Positions 21,353 to 31,243 of a stretch of DNA of 64,000 nucleotides are shown piece after piece. Positions within the stretch are counted from its first letter, which is position 1. Each line of letters begins with the position of its first letter. A model generated the notes under the pieces. That model was not told the DNA's origin, searched no databases, and was given only the letters and a program-made list of their open reading frames with translations. Both the position numbers and the translations under genes were made by a program. The DNA is from a phage. Where the stretch lies: NCBI GenBank assembly GCA_018027755.1, contig GCA_018027755.1_4098.1. One strand, 5' to 3'.

Positions 21353-21679
21353 ATGCTATCAGTACTAATTTCAATTCCGTCTTTAATTCTGATTTGGCTT
21401 CTGGTTTACGAATGCTTTATTACTGATGATAATGATAAAAAAGAGTTCTCTGAGTTGTTTATGCTTGATTCACCGATTGTGCGTATTTTCTATACAGTCG
21501 TTGTGGTTTCAGTAATTGTATGGGTTTTGAGTTTTATCTTCCCACTCGGTGCAGTAGTTAAAACTTTGGATTTAGTTGAGAACTTTGTTGCAATTATGTG
21601 GCTAATCAAAGCACTATTTGCAGGAAATGTTAAAATTTGGATTGATATTATCAAATTCAAGTTCACGAATAAGATGTAA
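21353..21679 (+). CDS. membrane protein
   Basis: Several TM segments; SD GAGGTAAAAAAT upstream. Confidence 0.55.
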   Translation: MLSVLISIPSLILIWLLVYECFITDDNDKKEFSELFMLDSPIVRIFYTVVVVSVIVWVLSFIFPLGAVVKTLDLVENFVAIMWLIKALFAGNVKIWIDIIKFKFTNKM

Positions 21680-21757
21680 CAGTCAAAATACCTCTATAGT
21701 ATTAAATACTTCTGTACATATATATAGTACAGAAGTATTTCTCGTTAGAGGTTTGTT

Positions 21758-22117
21758 ATGAAAAGTTATATAAAATTAATAGCACTTGTGTGTGCATTAT
21801 TTTCATGTTTTAGTTATGGTGCAGCAGCAGAAACATATTGTCGTAGTACTAAGGGAACGTGGCATGTATTGACTAACGACCCTAGAAATGGTAAAAATAT
21901 AGTTGTTGATGGCGTGATTTATCGTTTTAAAGTAGAAAGTATTATTGGTAATAAAAAAATCTCGACTTATAGAGATGATTCTGGTACATTAGCAAACGTA
22001 ATATTAATTGTAGACCCAAGAACTGGTAATGGTGATATCTATATAGTAATTTACTTGGACTCATCGGTACGCCGTGACCTAGATATAGATAAATTGAACT
22101 TACACTGTGAAATATAG
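21758..22117 (+). CDS. small secreted protein
   Basis: Signal peptide ...CFSYGAAAE; Cys near both ends. Confidence 0.55.
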   Translation: MKSYIKLIALVCALFSCFSYGAAAETYCRSTKGTWHVLTNDPRNGKNIVVDGVIYRFKVESIIGNKKISTYRDDSGTLANVILIVDPRTGNGDIYIVIYLDSSVRRDLDIDKLNLHCEI

Positions 22118-22128
22118 GACTTAAAAAA

Positions 22129-22506
22129 ATGGTAAACACTATTTTACTTTTGTTGTTGAATATTCCAATTATTCTGTCTTTTTTAATTTCTATTTTTATG
22201 GCAGGATATTGTTTAGTTGCAGTAATTCATTTTATTTTAACAAACAAATATGTCCTAATTTCTAAGCTTGATTCTATTTTTGCTTGCGATTCAATGGCTT
22301 ATAACTTATGGTTAATTTGTTCTTGCATTATGGGAGTAACTTTCCTTCTGCATGTATTTGATGTCCTTGACCAAAAGTTCGTATACATCAGTACTGGATT
22401 GGCTCTTTATCCTGCTACGTGGTACTTGATTTACGTTGGTGATATATGGTATAGTACTTATAAAGAATATCAGTACAAGAAATCACTTAACGTTGGAGGA
22501 AAATAA
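22129..22506 (+). CDS. membrane protein
   Basis: Several TM segments. Confidence 0.5.
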   Translation: MVNTILLLLLNIPIILSFLISIFMAGYCLVAVIHFILTNKYVLISKLDSIFACDSMAYNLWLICSCIMGVTFLLHVFDVLDQKFVYISTGLALYPATWYLIYVGDIWYSTYKEYQYKKSLNVGGK

Positions 22507-22508
22507 TC

Positions 22509-22859
22509 ATGAAAATTATTTTATTTTTTGTATGTATGTTAATGTGTGGATTGTCATATGCTGAACCATTGGAAGGTTTAGTTTGTACAGATGGTAATAT
22601 TAAACATATCTATCAAGGTGATAGTGACGATCGAGATATTGTATATATTGATGGACAATCATATACGTTTGTTAAAGAGCATACAGTAGGCGACATTAGC
22701 TTCACTGAGTTTTCTAACGACACAGACCCTAACTTCTTAGCGTTTATTGAAGTAGATGTATATGAAGATAGTAATGGTACACAATATGCTAAATTAGTTA
22801 TGATGCGTCGTGGTGCTAAAGAAACTAGTTTTGGTGGCTTGTGTAAATATAAGGATTGA
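22509..22859 (+). CDS. small secreted protein
   Basis: Signal peptide ...GLSYAEP; Cys near both ends. Confidence 0.55.
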   Translation: MKIILFFVCMLMCGLSYAEPLEGLVCTDGNIKHIYQGDSDDRDIVYIDGQSYTFVKEHTVGDISFTEFSNDTDPNFLAFIEVDVYEDSNGTQYAKLVMMRRGAKETSFGGLCKYKD

Positions 22860-22863
22860 TATT

Positions 22864-23055
22864 ATGTTGATTTATCAAAGTGATAATATTCGTGTTATGC
22901 AGCATCCCTACTTACAAATCTTTGATGTGCAGCAGTATATGGAAGGTGATGACCCAAGAACCTATGGTCGTAAGTATGATTACTTCACTGTAAAGCAGTG
23001 TAATAATATTAACGAAGTACGACAATTAGTTCAAGAACTTCAAAACAAAGGTTGA
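22864..23055 (+). CDS. hypothetical protein
   Basis: Track ORF 22810..23055; start moved to ATG after AAGGATTGAT. Confidence 0.45.
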   Translation: MLIYQSDNIRVMQHPYLQIFDVQQYMEGDDPRTYGRKYDYFTVKQCNNINEVRQLVQELQNKG

Positions 23056-23073
23056 CTTCGGTCAGCCTTTTTT
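23049..23073 (+). terminator. intrinsic terminator (GGTTGACTTCGGTCAGCC family)
   Basis: Hairpin with TTCG loop followed by a T-run. Confidence 0.65.
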
Positions 23074-23109
23074 GTTATAATTCTCTTAATAAATTAGAGG
23101 ATTTTAATT

Positions 23110-23550
23110 ATGTATGTATATCGTTTTGAACTTAAATTTAGTTACATTGAACCTAACTTAGATCCTGCACGAACTGTAGGTCCGTTTGCACGGTATTCAA
23201 CCAGATACAGTACTAAAAATGGATTTGACCGTTTGCTCATGACTACACCTTCTCAATTCCAACCTGAACCAACTGAGGATGGGATCTATTCAATCAAAAG
23301 TGGATGGGTATTTGGCTGTCAAAGTTTGAAAGATTTGTTCAGATTCTTCACTATGGACTTAGGTAAATTGCATCGTGCTGGGTTTGCTATATCTGTATAT
23401 GAAGTTCCAGACCACCATGTAGACATTGGTCGTAATCAGGTTCAGTACTATTGCGGTAGTGCTAAATTAGTTCGTATCATGTCAGTTAAGGAAGCAAAGG
23501 ATGAGTTCCGACAAAGTAAAAGAGAAACACATGAGGTAATATATGGATAA
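23110..23550 (+). CDS. hypothetical protein
   Basis: SD AGAGGA upstream. Confidence 0.55.
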   Translation: MYVYRFELKFSYIEPNLDPARTVGPFARYSTRYSTKNGFDRLLMTTPSQFQPEPTEDGIYSIKSGWVFGCQSLKDLFRFFTMDLGKLHRAGFAISVYEVPDHHVDIGRNQVQYYCGSAKLVRIMSVKEAKDEFRQSKRETHEVIYG

Positions 23551-23887
23551 AACTCAAATAGAATTAAAGAAATTTGTTTCATTCTATCTTCCTGATGACC
23601 CACGTAATTCACAAAAAGATATTGAATATTATAATATCCTATCTAAACAGTTAATGAGAAAGTTTCAACAGTGTTTAACTATATTCAATACAGATGGAAG
23701 ACGTAGATACCGAATCGTTTCAATGAATGATGAAAACGCAAATTTCTTTGATTACGATGTGGTTTTTAGAGCATATAATGATGATCGTATAAAATTAAAT
23801 TATGATCAAATTATACTTGACCTGAATGTTATATGTGTTATAATCACTCACGTAGCCGAACTTAATGGTTTTAAAGAATGGTATTGA
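23543..23887 (+). CDS. hypothetical protein
   Basis: ORF in track. Confidence 0.5.
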   Translation: MDKTQIELKKFVSFYLPDDPRNSQKDIEYYNILSKQLMRKFQQCLTIFNTDGRRRYRIVSMNDENANFFDYDVVFRAYNDDRIKLNYDQIILDLNVICVIITHVAELNGFKEWY

Positions 23888-23901
23888 ATAGAGGATAACA
23901 T

Positions 23902-24168
23902 ATGAAGCTTAAATTACAATATAATGGATTTACTTTACGTAATGATACTGAATTTATTAATCGTTCTCCTGGTGCTGAACTGTTTTTACGAGAGATGAAC
24001 ATTCCTTTCATCATTACTACAGTGGGCGACCGTGAAGTTCTACAATACGCAGAGCATCCGATCATTGATGTTCCTTGGTACTCTGAGCATATGTACATGG
24101 ATATGGCACGTCGCTACAACTGTAAGTTCGTAGTTGAAGGTGATAAAATTACAGTCGAATTTAAATAA
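23902..24168 (+). CDS. hypothetical protein
   Basis: SD AGAGGA upstream. Confidence 0.5.
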   Translation: MKLKLQYNGFTLRNDTEFINRSPGAELFLREMNIPFIITTVGDREVLQYAEHPIIDVPWYSEHMYMDMARRYNCKFVVEGDKITVEFK

Positions 24169-24179
24169 GGTAAATTAAA

Positions 24180-24473
24180 ATGATCAGTACTTCAGTTAAT
24201 GAAAGCATCGTCGCTGACGTAGAAATGGTTAAAGAATGTGCAGATGAAACTCTTCGTGATATGTACATTAATGATTTAATTACTGAATACGGTAGTCGTG
24301 GTGTACACGAATTTATTCGTTTAAGTGGAGAGTTGATGAAAAATCGAATTCGTATGAAGCTTAACGTACATCCAAAAGCATGGGCATTTACATTAAAATA
24401 CGCAGAAGATATTGTGAATTTGCGTCGAACTGAAGTATATGAACGTTTGCACAATGGTATGTTAGATAAATGA
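24180..24473 (+). CDS. hypothetical protein
   Basis: ORF in track. Confidence 0.5.
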   Translation: MISTSVNESIVADVEMVKECADETLRDMYINDLITEYGSRGVHEFIRLSGELMKNRIRMKLNVHPKAWAFTLKYAEDIVNLRRTEVYERLHNGMLDK

Positions 24474-24525
24474 TTGTAAAATAGGAATTCTTAAATGAAT
24501 TCCTTTTTGTTTATAAGGTATAGTA

Positions 24526-24747
24526 ATGAAATATATAGTACTTGTACTGATATTATTCAGTACTGTTGTAAGTGCTAAACAAAAAGAATATATTAAATGT
24601 ATAAATTATGAAGAGAAATATGTTGAAACATATAAAAAAAGTATAATTAAAAACGTTTCGATTACTAACAGAGCAACAATCATTGTACTTAAAAATGGGT
24701 TAATTATGCTATATAAACCACACGTTAAATGTGAAATTATTAATTGA
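24526..24747 (+). CDS. small secreted protein
   Basis: Signal peptide ...STVVSAKQ. Confidence 0.5.
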   Translation: MKYIVLVLILFSTVVSAKQKEYIKCINYEEKYVETYKKSIIKNVSITNRATIIVLKNGLIMLYKPHVKCEIIN

Positions 24748-24754
24748 GGAAATT

Positions 24755-25327
24755 ATGAATCGTAAAGGTCGTTTTAAAGTATCAAAAAAGAACAAAAGTT
24801 CTAGGTTTAAACATATTGTTTTAACAGTTAAATCTAACAAAGATTTAACTGCACTTAGTAAAAAGATAATTTCATCTAAGATTGAAGTATCATACGTAAA
24901 TTCATTAAAATATATGAATGTCAAACCACTGGACCAACTCATTTCACTTATATTTGAACGTAATGATTTTGAGATATCAGTAGATGATTATAGAGCCTAT
25001 AATGCTGGTTTCATTAATGTTACTTGTAATAAAAAACTAACTGAGTTGGAAAATTTGTCATGTATAATAAATCTAGATAAAGGTGTTGTGAAGTACCATT
25101 TTGTACATTTCACTAATATCAATAATGGAATGGGTGTACAATCCAGACCTATAGTGCCTACGTGTGATGTTACTAAATTAGCAAAGCTCAATGATGAAGA
25201 ATATTTTCAAGAAAGCATTGTAACTGAGCATTTAGATGATATAATAGCTACTTACAAAGAATGCATATGGGTGTTGAATGCTATAAAACCTAAATTGTGT
25301 TTAATGAATATTGTTCGTGATTTATGA
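24755..25327 (+). CDS. hypothetical basic protein
   Basis: Track ORF 24731..25327; start moved to ATG after GAGGAAATT. Confidence 0.5.
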   Translation: MNRKGRFKVSKKNKSSRFKHIVLTVKSNKDLTALSKKIISSKIEVSYVNSLKYMNVKPLDQLISLIFERNDFEISVDDYRAYNAGFINVTCNKKLTELENLSCIINLDKGVVKYHFVHFTNINNGMGVQSRPIVPTCDVTKLAKLNDEEYFQESIVTEHLDDIIATYKECIWVLNAIKPKLCLMNIVRDL

Positions 25328-25340
25328 ATGGGGAATCGTA

Positions 25341-25784
25341 ATGAGTTGGGTAAATGTTAATAGTATTGAACTTAACGAACAAGATATTTTTGCATTTGTA
25401 AATTTAACTAATAACACAGTACTAAAAGGGCGTTTGTTCAGTGCTAGTGATGGGTACAAATGGATCTCTTTGATGGATGATAGTGGTGTGATTTATAATG
25501 TAATGCAATTACCCCAATGGGTATATAGTAACACTGCTGACGATGTTCTTACCGCAGTTATGCGTGAGTTTGAAAAACTCCCAGGTGGTGATATCAAAAA
25601 CAAAGTTTTTAATGCAGAACGTAAAAATTATACAGCACAGCAATTGGAATCCCTTGCCATTGCTGCTTATCAAGCTGCTATTAAGAAGCCAGAGTGCGTT
25701 ATTCTTAAGTATGTACCAGACTTAAAACTTACGTTGGAAAACATGGATGCATTCATTTTTACATCTGAACTTGATCAGTACTAA
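25341..25784 (+). CDS. hypothetical protein
   Basis: Track ORF 25311..25784; internal ATG start. Confidence 0.5.
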   Translation: MSWVNVNSIELNEQDIFAFVNLTNNTVLKGRLFSASDGYKWISLMDDSGVIYNVMQLPQWVYSNTADDVLTAVMREFEKLPGGDIKNKVFNAERKNYTAQQLESLAIAAYQAAIKKPECVILKYVPDLKLTLENMDAFIFTSELDQY

Positions 25785-25899
25785 TTTAACTTTGGGACAA
25801 CCATTCTTATTATGATATAATGTTTTATGTCATTCGATATAAATGACAACGGAACTATAAATATTATAGTAAAATTTATCTCTTATAGGAGTTATAAAA

Positions 25900-26283
25900 A
25901 TGGTTGATAAATGGAATAAGAAAGATCCATCACATGATGTTGATATTTCTGGTCTAGACAATGCACATAAGCACAAGTATCTAGATTCACTAGGTCTTCT
26001 AAAACCAGACCAAAGTCTTGCACATGATCGTCCATCCCGTGAAAAAGCATTTAGCCTAGAATCACTAGGTCATGAGCTTAATCGTGTGTTTGAGGATCAC
26101 CCAATCTATGTACGTGATATTATCGAGAAACTTAAAGTAACTCCTAAAGAGCACTTTAAAGCAACTGTACACTCTGCATTCCGTGCATTACATGAATCTC
26201 TAAAGAAAACTCACAATCTTCGTAAAATTCATGATGAAATCGTGAATGCAATCGAAAGTGAAAAACATAAGTTCAAGAAGTAA
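25900..26283 (+). CDS. hypothetical protein
   Basis: SD AGGAG upstream; shares a YLDSLGLLKP-like motif with the ORF at 27627. Confidence 0.55.
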   Translation: MVDKWNKKDPSHDVDISGLDNAHKHKYLDSLGLLKPDQSLAHDRPSREKAFSLESLGHELNRVFEDHPIYVRDIIEKLKVTPKEHFKATVHSAFRALHESLKKTHNLRKIHDEIVNAIESEKHKFKK

Positions 26284-26288
26284 TAAAA

Positions 26289-26308
26289 GGGTTGACTAAG
26301 GTCAGCCC
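26289..26308 (+). terminator. intrinsic terminator (GGTTGACT..GGTCAGCC family)
   Basis: gggttgactaaggtcagccc followed by a T-rich tail. Confidence 0.55.
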
Positions 26309-26350
26309 TTTGTTGTATCATAACTTCTCAATATAACTGAGGTATCATAT

Positions 26351-26464
26351 ATGCAAGGTTTGAAATTTGTAGTTGCTGCACTCATCGCTGCTGTTGTAGT
26401 GGGTACAGTATGTTATTCAATTGACACCTATATCAATACACCTAGTGTTGAACAAACCAAATAA
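26351..26464 (+). CDS. small membrane peptide (37 aa)
   Basis: Short ORF MQGLKFVVAALIAAVVVGTV... after GAGG; not in track. Confidence 0.3.
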   Translation: MQGLKFVVAALIAAVVVGTVCYSIDTYINTPSVEQTK

Positions 26465-26472
26465 GGGATATC

Positions 26473-26736
26473 ATGGCTGAAACATTATCACTATATGCGT
26501 TAGTACTGTTATTTGTCGGATTTCTTCCCGCACTCATTACAGCCATTCGTGTTGTTAAACATGAAGCTGCATTGATTGTATGTAGTATTGGGTCGAACAT
26601 TCTATTGTATTTCTTTTTGACAAATACTATTGTACTGTTTGCTTTCTTTATCATGATTCTGTGGGTACTTGTAATTCTCGGATTCTTCATTTGGTCATTG
26701 GTTGATCCTAAGAAAAAATCAGGAGAAGTGAAATGA
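26473..26736 (+). CDS. membrane protein
   Basis: Three hydrophobic segments. Confidence 0.5.
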   Translation: MAETLSLYALVLLFVGFLPALITAIRVVKHEAALIVCSIGSNILLYFFLTNTIVLFAFFIMILWVLVILGFFIWSLVDPKKKSGEVK

Positions 26737-27029
26737 AATTAATTATAGCAATGATAATGTGTTTGGCTTTCCCTGTACTGGCTACTCCTAATCTGGACTG
26801 CACACTGTTGCGTTCAGATGGTGACACACTTGAAATCAACACATATGAACTCTTTGGTCCAAGTGTAGTGGAGAATGAAACCACCTACAATTTCAAAGCT
26901 ATTGACTTTGAAGGTAATGTTCCAGTACTAACTACAATGACTATTGACAAAACTACTTTACTCGGACGAATCACCACACAACGCGGAGAAAGTAAAACAT
27001 TCACAGCGAAAGCTGACTGTAACTACTAA
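26733..27029 (+). CDS. small secreted protein
   Basis: Signal peptide ...AFPVLATP; Cys near both ends. Confidence 0.55.
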   Translation: MKLIIAMIMCLAFPVLATPNLDCTLLRSDGDTLEINTYELFGPSVVENETTYNFKAIDFEGNVPVLTTMTIDKTTLLGRITTQRGESKTFTAKADCNY

Positions 27030-27040
27030 TGGTATAGTAC

Positions 27041-27059
27041 AGTGAAAATAGGGTTGACT
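27041..27059 (+). terminator. intrinsic terminator hairpin
   Basis: gggttgacttcggtcaacc. Confidence 0.5.
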
Positions 27060-27079
27060 TCGGTCAACCTTTATATATA

Positions 27080-27622
27080 ATGGAAGAAATAAACATGGAA
27101 CGTTGGAAATTAATTCCTGATTATGACTATTCAATTTCTGATCATGGAAGAGTAAGAAACGAACAAACTGGATATATAAGTTGTGGATTTAAAAATAAAG
27201 ATGGGTATGTGAAGGTCGATTTGTATCGCAATTCTGTGAAAAATAGAAAGGCGATTCATCGACTAGTAGCTGAAGCATTTTTACCACCACCCACACAGAA
27301 ACAGTTACAGTGGGCGAGTAGAACAAAGAAAAAAGTTGTTCACATAAACCATAAAGATTGTAATAGAAGTAACAATCACTATTTGAATTTGGAATGGAAC
27401 ACAGCATCTGAAAACGTACTATATTCTTATTCACATGGTAACGCAACAACTAATCGTGGTGCTGCTGTGTTGACATGGGAAATTGTAAGAGAAATAAGAA
27501 AAGATTATAATGATAATTATAATGATGTGATAGAATATGCACGAGAAAATTGTAATAAATACCGTGTATGTAAAAAAACAATACGTCGTATTTTATACAA
27601 TCAAACATGGATAGAGGATTAA
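27080..27622 (+). CDS. HNH_3/NUMOD4-type homing endonuclease
   Basis: ERWKLIPDYDYSISDHGRVRN...GYVKVDL..N...KAIHRLVAEAF, then HINHKDCNRSNNHYLNLEW.TASEN. Confidence 0.75.
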   Translation: MEEINMERWKLIPDYDYSISDHGRVRNEQTGYISCGFKNKDGYVKVDLYRNSVKNRKAIHRLVAEAFLPPPTQKQLQWASRTKKKVVHINHKDCNRSNNHYLNLEWNTASENVLYSYSHGNATTNRGAAVLTWEIVREIRKDYNDNYNDVIEYARENCNKYRVCKKTIRRILYNQTWIED

Positions 27623-27626
27623 AAAT

Positions 27627-28886
27627 ATGCCACAAGATAATGGGGATATGAAACATCGTAATGGTGGACTAGTACAACACTCGGATAAATGGGCCGACCG
27701 AAATCGTCGCAAAAATAGTTATCAAGCAGGACAAGGTTCACGTGGTTCCAGAAACCAAGGAACGGGACTTGCTGGTAAGGCAAACGCAGAAGCAGGTGAA
27801 GTTAAGAGTACTGAGAACATGACTGAGCTAGAAAAGCTACGTTATGTTAATTCATTGGGACTTCTTAATGCTACACAAAAACAACGTCTAGCTGATATGG
27901 AACGTGAAGAAAAAGAAAAGTCTGCTCCTGCGAAAGAAGAACCAAAACAAGAAGCACCAAAGGCGGTTAACCCTGTCAAAGAACTGTCTGATAAGTTAGG
28001 TAAGATTTTTGCTAATAAACCACAACTTATCCAAGGTATTGTGAAAGAATTGCAATCTGTACCTAAAGAAGAATTAAAAGTCAAAGCACAAGCTGTACTT
28101 GATGCAATGAGTGGAAATACCAGTACTGAACCAACTGAAGTATTCAGTACTATAATGCGTGCACTTGAAGGTACGCAACAAGGTGATGTGCCTGCACAAG
28201 AGGAAGTAAGTCTTGAAAGCGTACTTAAAACATTTGATAGTATTGGTAAAGAAGACCGTGCTAATGCTCAACAAGTTAAGAATGTACTAGCTAAGTTAGA
28301 AAACCGTCTGGAAGGTAAAGACGATAAGATTAAATTAGTATCTGATGCAGTTAACGATGCACTTAAATCTTATGTACAAGGTGAAAAGAGTCGTTTTGTA
28401 ACTGCAATGGATGCTGCATTCAATACTATGAAAAAGTATGAAGCTGATCATGGTGAGAAGGTTACACGAGATGGTTATCTGATGCGTGATGATGAAGAAG
28501 GTGCAGTAGAACAGAATGATGTTCATTCAGACGAAGAAATTGATGACATGGAAGCTGAACTGTCACAAGACCGCCAAATGACTGAAAAATCCCATAACGA
28601 ACTACAGAAATTAATGCAATGGGTTGCAGATGTTGGTGAAAAAGCTGGTGCTGATAAGAAGAGTATAAACCGAAATCTTAGTTGGATTAAAGATAAAGTT
28701 GGTAACAACGCTCGTAAACTACAAAAAGCGTGGACTGATGTAGTGAATGGTGCTGTTGACATTGATGTTGAATCCGGTGAGGCATATGATTATGCATTGA
28801 CTACACTTGATGACTCTTTCCGTGATTACGAAAATGGAAATGTAACTCCTTGGGAAAAGGATATCATGAGCAAATACGGTAAATGA
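27627..28886 (+). CDS. hypothetical charged protein (419 aa)
   Basis: Long ORF, Lys/Glu-rich and predicted helical; SD GAGGATTAAAAAT upstream. Confidence 0.6.
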   Translation: MPQDNGDMKHRNGGLVQHSDKWADRNRRKNSYQAGQGSRGSRNQGTGLAGKANAEAGEVKSTENMTELEKLRYVNSLGLLNATQKQRLADMEREEKEKSAPAKEEPKQEAPKAVNPVKELSDKLGKIFANKPQLIQGIVKELQSVPKEELKVKAQAVLDAMSGNTSTEPTEVFSTIMRALEGTQQGDVPAQEEVSLESVLKTFDSIGKEDRANAQQVKNVLAKLENRLEGKDDKIKLVSDAVNDALKSYVQGEKSRFVTAMDAAFNTMKKYEADHGEKVTRDGYLMRDDEEGAVEQNDVHSDEEIDDMEAELSQDRQMTEKSHNELQKLMQWVADVGEKAGADKKSINRNLSWIKDKVGNNARKLQKAWTDVVNGAVDIDVESGEAYDYALTTLDDSFRDYENGNVTPWEKDIMSKYGK

Positions 28887-28896
28887 TAAAACAAAA

Positions 28897-28921
28897 GGTT
28901 GACTTCGGTCAGCCTTTTTTG
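28897..28921 (+). terminator. intrinsic terminator (GGTTGACTTCGGTCAGCC family)
   Basis: Hairpin followed by T6. Confidence 0.65.
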
Positions 28922-28956
28922 TTATGATGTTGGTATTAACTACAGAGGATAAAGTA

Positions 28957-29598
28957 ATGACTAAGCAAGACATATTCAAAACTTTAATTGACATTTTGCG
29001 TCCATCAAAAACTCGTTGTGCGATGGAGTTTGATATTCCTTATGCTGAACGCGTAATCTTTCCACAAGTTAAAGCTGCTGGACTTACTTTGCTTGGAATG
29101 GGGATGTACTCTGTAGTAGTTGAACATAAAAACTATCCTGGACGTGCATTTAAAGTAACCACTTCACGCTGGGATGGTTTTCGTGCTTATGCAAAGTACT
29201 GCATTGAAAACGCAGGAACCAAGTTTCTTCCAGTGATCTACAGTGCCAACGAACAAGGAAACTTTGGATGGTATGAGATGGACAAGTACTATCCTATAAT
29301 TAAACAAAAAAATAATTATGATGACTTTGTTAGTACTAAAATTGGAGATTTATATTCTTATGCACATGCTGGTCAGTACGCTACTTCAGTGAATGATATG
29401 CGTGGAAATTCTGAAGAGATTGCTATTGCAACGGTCGCTGCTAACATCATGAAAGAGTTTCACGGGCGTTTTGTACCAGACATTCATTCAAGTAATGTGA
29501 TGATGGATAAAGATGGCAATGTATTCATTACTGATCCTCTTTCGTGTGATGTACGTAGAGAAATACCAGTTACTGAAGAAGATCCAGTTTTTTATTGA
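28957..29598 (+). CDS. kinase-like phosphotransferase (APH/protein-kinase fold)
   Basis: G-loop-like GMGMYSVV, AFKV (VAIK-like), catalytic-loop-like DIHSSNVMMDKDGNVFITDP; start moved to ATG after AGAGGATAAAGTA. Confidence 0.5.
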   Translation: MTKQDIFKTLIDILRPSKTRCAMEFDIPYAERVIFPQVKAAGLTLLGMGMYSVVVEHKNYPGRAFKVTTSRWDGFRAYAKYCIENAGTKFLPVIYSANEQGNFGWYEMDKYYPIIKQKNNYDDFVSTKIGDLYSYAHAGQYATSVNDMRGNSEEIAIATVAANIMKEFHGRFVPDIHSSNVMMDKDGNVFITDPLSCDVRREIPVTEEDPVFY

Positions 29599-29659
29599 CA
29601 GAACTGATGTTCTGGTGTATTCTTAATAAACCATAAAAATTGCGGTAAAGGATAAAATC

Positions 29660-29941
29660 ATGCGTTCATTTGAAAACTTAATAGGTAAGCATCTTTTATC
29701 TGAAATTGATGCAGACGTTAAAGAATTATCCAAATCAAAAAGTTACATTCATTTGGATGAACTGTTTATTAAGTACGGTGAGATTGGTTTTAAGTCATTA
29801 TTTGTTTTTACTATGAAAGTACATAGTTTAAAGTACTTCGATTTGAGTTCTAAAGATGGTGAACCGAATCTATATTACATGTATTACCTTAAGAACAAAG
29901 ATGAAGCTAATACATTACTCTCTGAATATATATTGGGGTAA
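29660..29941 (+). CDS. hypothetical protein
   Basis: SD AAAGGATAAAATC upstream. Confidence 0.5.
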   Translation: MRSFENLIGKHLLSEIDADVKELSKSKSYIHLDELFIKYGEIGFKSLFVFTMKVHSLKYFDLSSKDGEPNLYYMYYLKNKDEANTLLSEYILG

Positions 29942-29943
29942 AA

Positions 29944-30282
29944 ATGGAACAATATTTTGAATTAATAAACAAAGTATCATTTTATGTAGTATCTTTGGTT
30001 TGGGTGTATTATATGTTTTGCTATATTATTGCATTCTTCCGATATACTACTTTATATGAACGTATCTACTATGATGCCCCAATTTCATTCTTGATGTTTT
30101 GTGCATGTACGTGGGGAATATTAGAAGTACTGATATGTGGGTATAGTACTGATGAATTAAATCTGGTATCGGTGTTGACTGGGTTTTCATTTGTTGTTAT
30201 GATAGCTGCCGTTCCAGTATGGTTGTTCTTTGGACTAGTTCATCGCATTGATATATGGCGTTCTAATATCCCTGAAAAGTAA
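29944..30282 (+). CDS. small multi-TM membrane protein, family M
   Basis: ~112 aa, 3 TM segments, basic C-terminal tail ..RSNIPEK. Confidence 0.55.
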   Translation: MEQYFELINKVSFYVVSLVWVYYMFCYIIAFFRYTTLYERIYYDAPISFLMFCACTWGILEVLICGYSTDELNLVSVLTGFSFVVMIAAVPVWLFFGLVHRIDIWRSNIPEK

Positions 30283-30285
30283 GGA

Positions 30286-30633
30286 TTGGAAATGATTTAT
30301 TACACTAACATGTTTGCCTATGCTGTTGCTTGCATTTACATTGTTTACTTCTTATTCGGTGGAGTACTGTGCTTCTTTAAGTACAAAACGTTGTTCAACC
30401 GAATGTACCCAAATCATCCAATTGTAGTTGTACTTTTGATTCTTTCAGTTTCTCAAATAATCGTTGAAACTACAATGGGTATCAGTAGTGTACATTATAG
30501 TTTTGGCACTATAGTAATTATTACTATGCTTATTGCATACATTTTAGTACTTGGATATGGTATCTTTGGTAATATTGGTATGAAAATGTATCATCGAATT
30601 AAAACATTACGTGATAATCTACCGGAGCGTTGA
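30286..30633 (+). CDS. small multi-TM membrane protein, family M
   Basis: 3 TM segments; tail ..LRDNLPER. Confidence 0.55.
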   Translation: MEMIYYTNMFAYAVACIYIVYFLFGGVLCFFKYKTLFNRMYPNHPIVVVLLILSVSQIIVETTMGISSVHYSFGTIVIITMLIAYILVLGYGIFGNIGMKMYHRIKTLRDNLPER

Positions 30634-30634
30634 T

Positions 30635-30979
30635 ATGTATAATTTGAACCTAATCTCATATATTATAACAACACTGTTTACATTCTATGCCTTTGTTGGT
30701 ATAATCCTACTGTACTTTAAATTTTATAAAGTGTTTAACCGTTTCTATCCTTCAATGGAGAATGAGTTTTTCTTTGTGTTGTACGTAGGTTACACATTAA
30801 TGGCTACATGTTTCACTGTAGCCGATGGTGTCATCGGCATTAAAACTGATTCCCCAAATGGTAGTACGCTGGTTGCATTTATTCTTACTGGATTCCTTGC
30901 AACTTATATTGCCTTCATTACAACATGGTCAGTGGTTGAATTTCTCTTGCGACTACGAAAGAATATGCCGAATCGATAG
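30635..30979 (+). CDS. small multi-TM membrane protein, family M
   Basis: 3 TM segments; tail ..LRKNMPNR. Confidence 0.55.
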   Translation: MYNLNLISYIITTLFTFYAFVGIILLYFKFYKVFNRFYPSMENEFFFVLYVGYTLMATCFTVADGVIGIKTDSPNGSTLVAFILTGFLATYIAFITTWSVVEFLLRLRKNMPNR

Positions 30980-30988
30980 GAGACATAT

Positions 30989-31243
30989 ATGTTTGCGTTG
31001 CGTAATAAAAACACTAAAGAATTATTATGTATTGATACCGTATGGGATTGTGCGGGATCAACTACAGTTCTTGAAGAAGGAACTGGATATTGCGTGTTTG
31101 TTGTTCATGATAGGAATGAACTCGAATTATTACTTGCTGAGTTCAATGCTGGTGGTAATCCTAACAGTACTGAATACCCTGAGATTATCAATCCAGCACC
31201 ACCAGGCTCTTATGAAATTCTACAACTGTGGGAGTTGAAGTAA
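30989..31243 (+). CDS. hypothetical protein
   Basis: SD AGGAGACATAT upstream. Confidence 0.55.
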   Translation: MFALRNKNTKELLCIDTVWDCAGSTTVLEEGTGYCVFVVHDRNELELLLAEFNAGGNPNSTEYPEIINPAPPGSYEILQLWELK

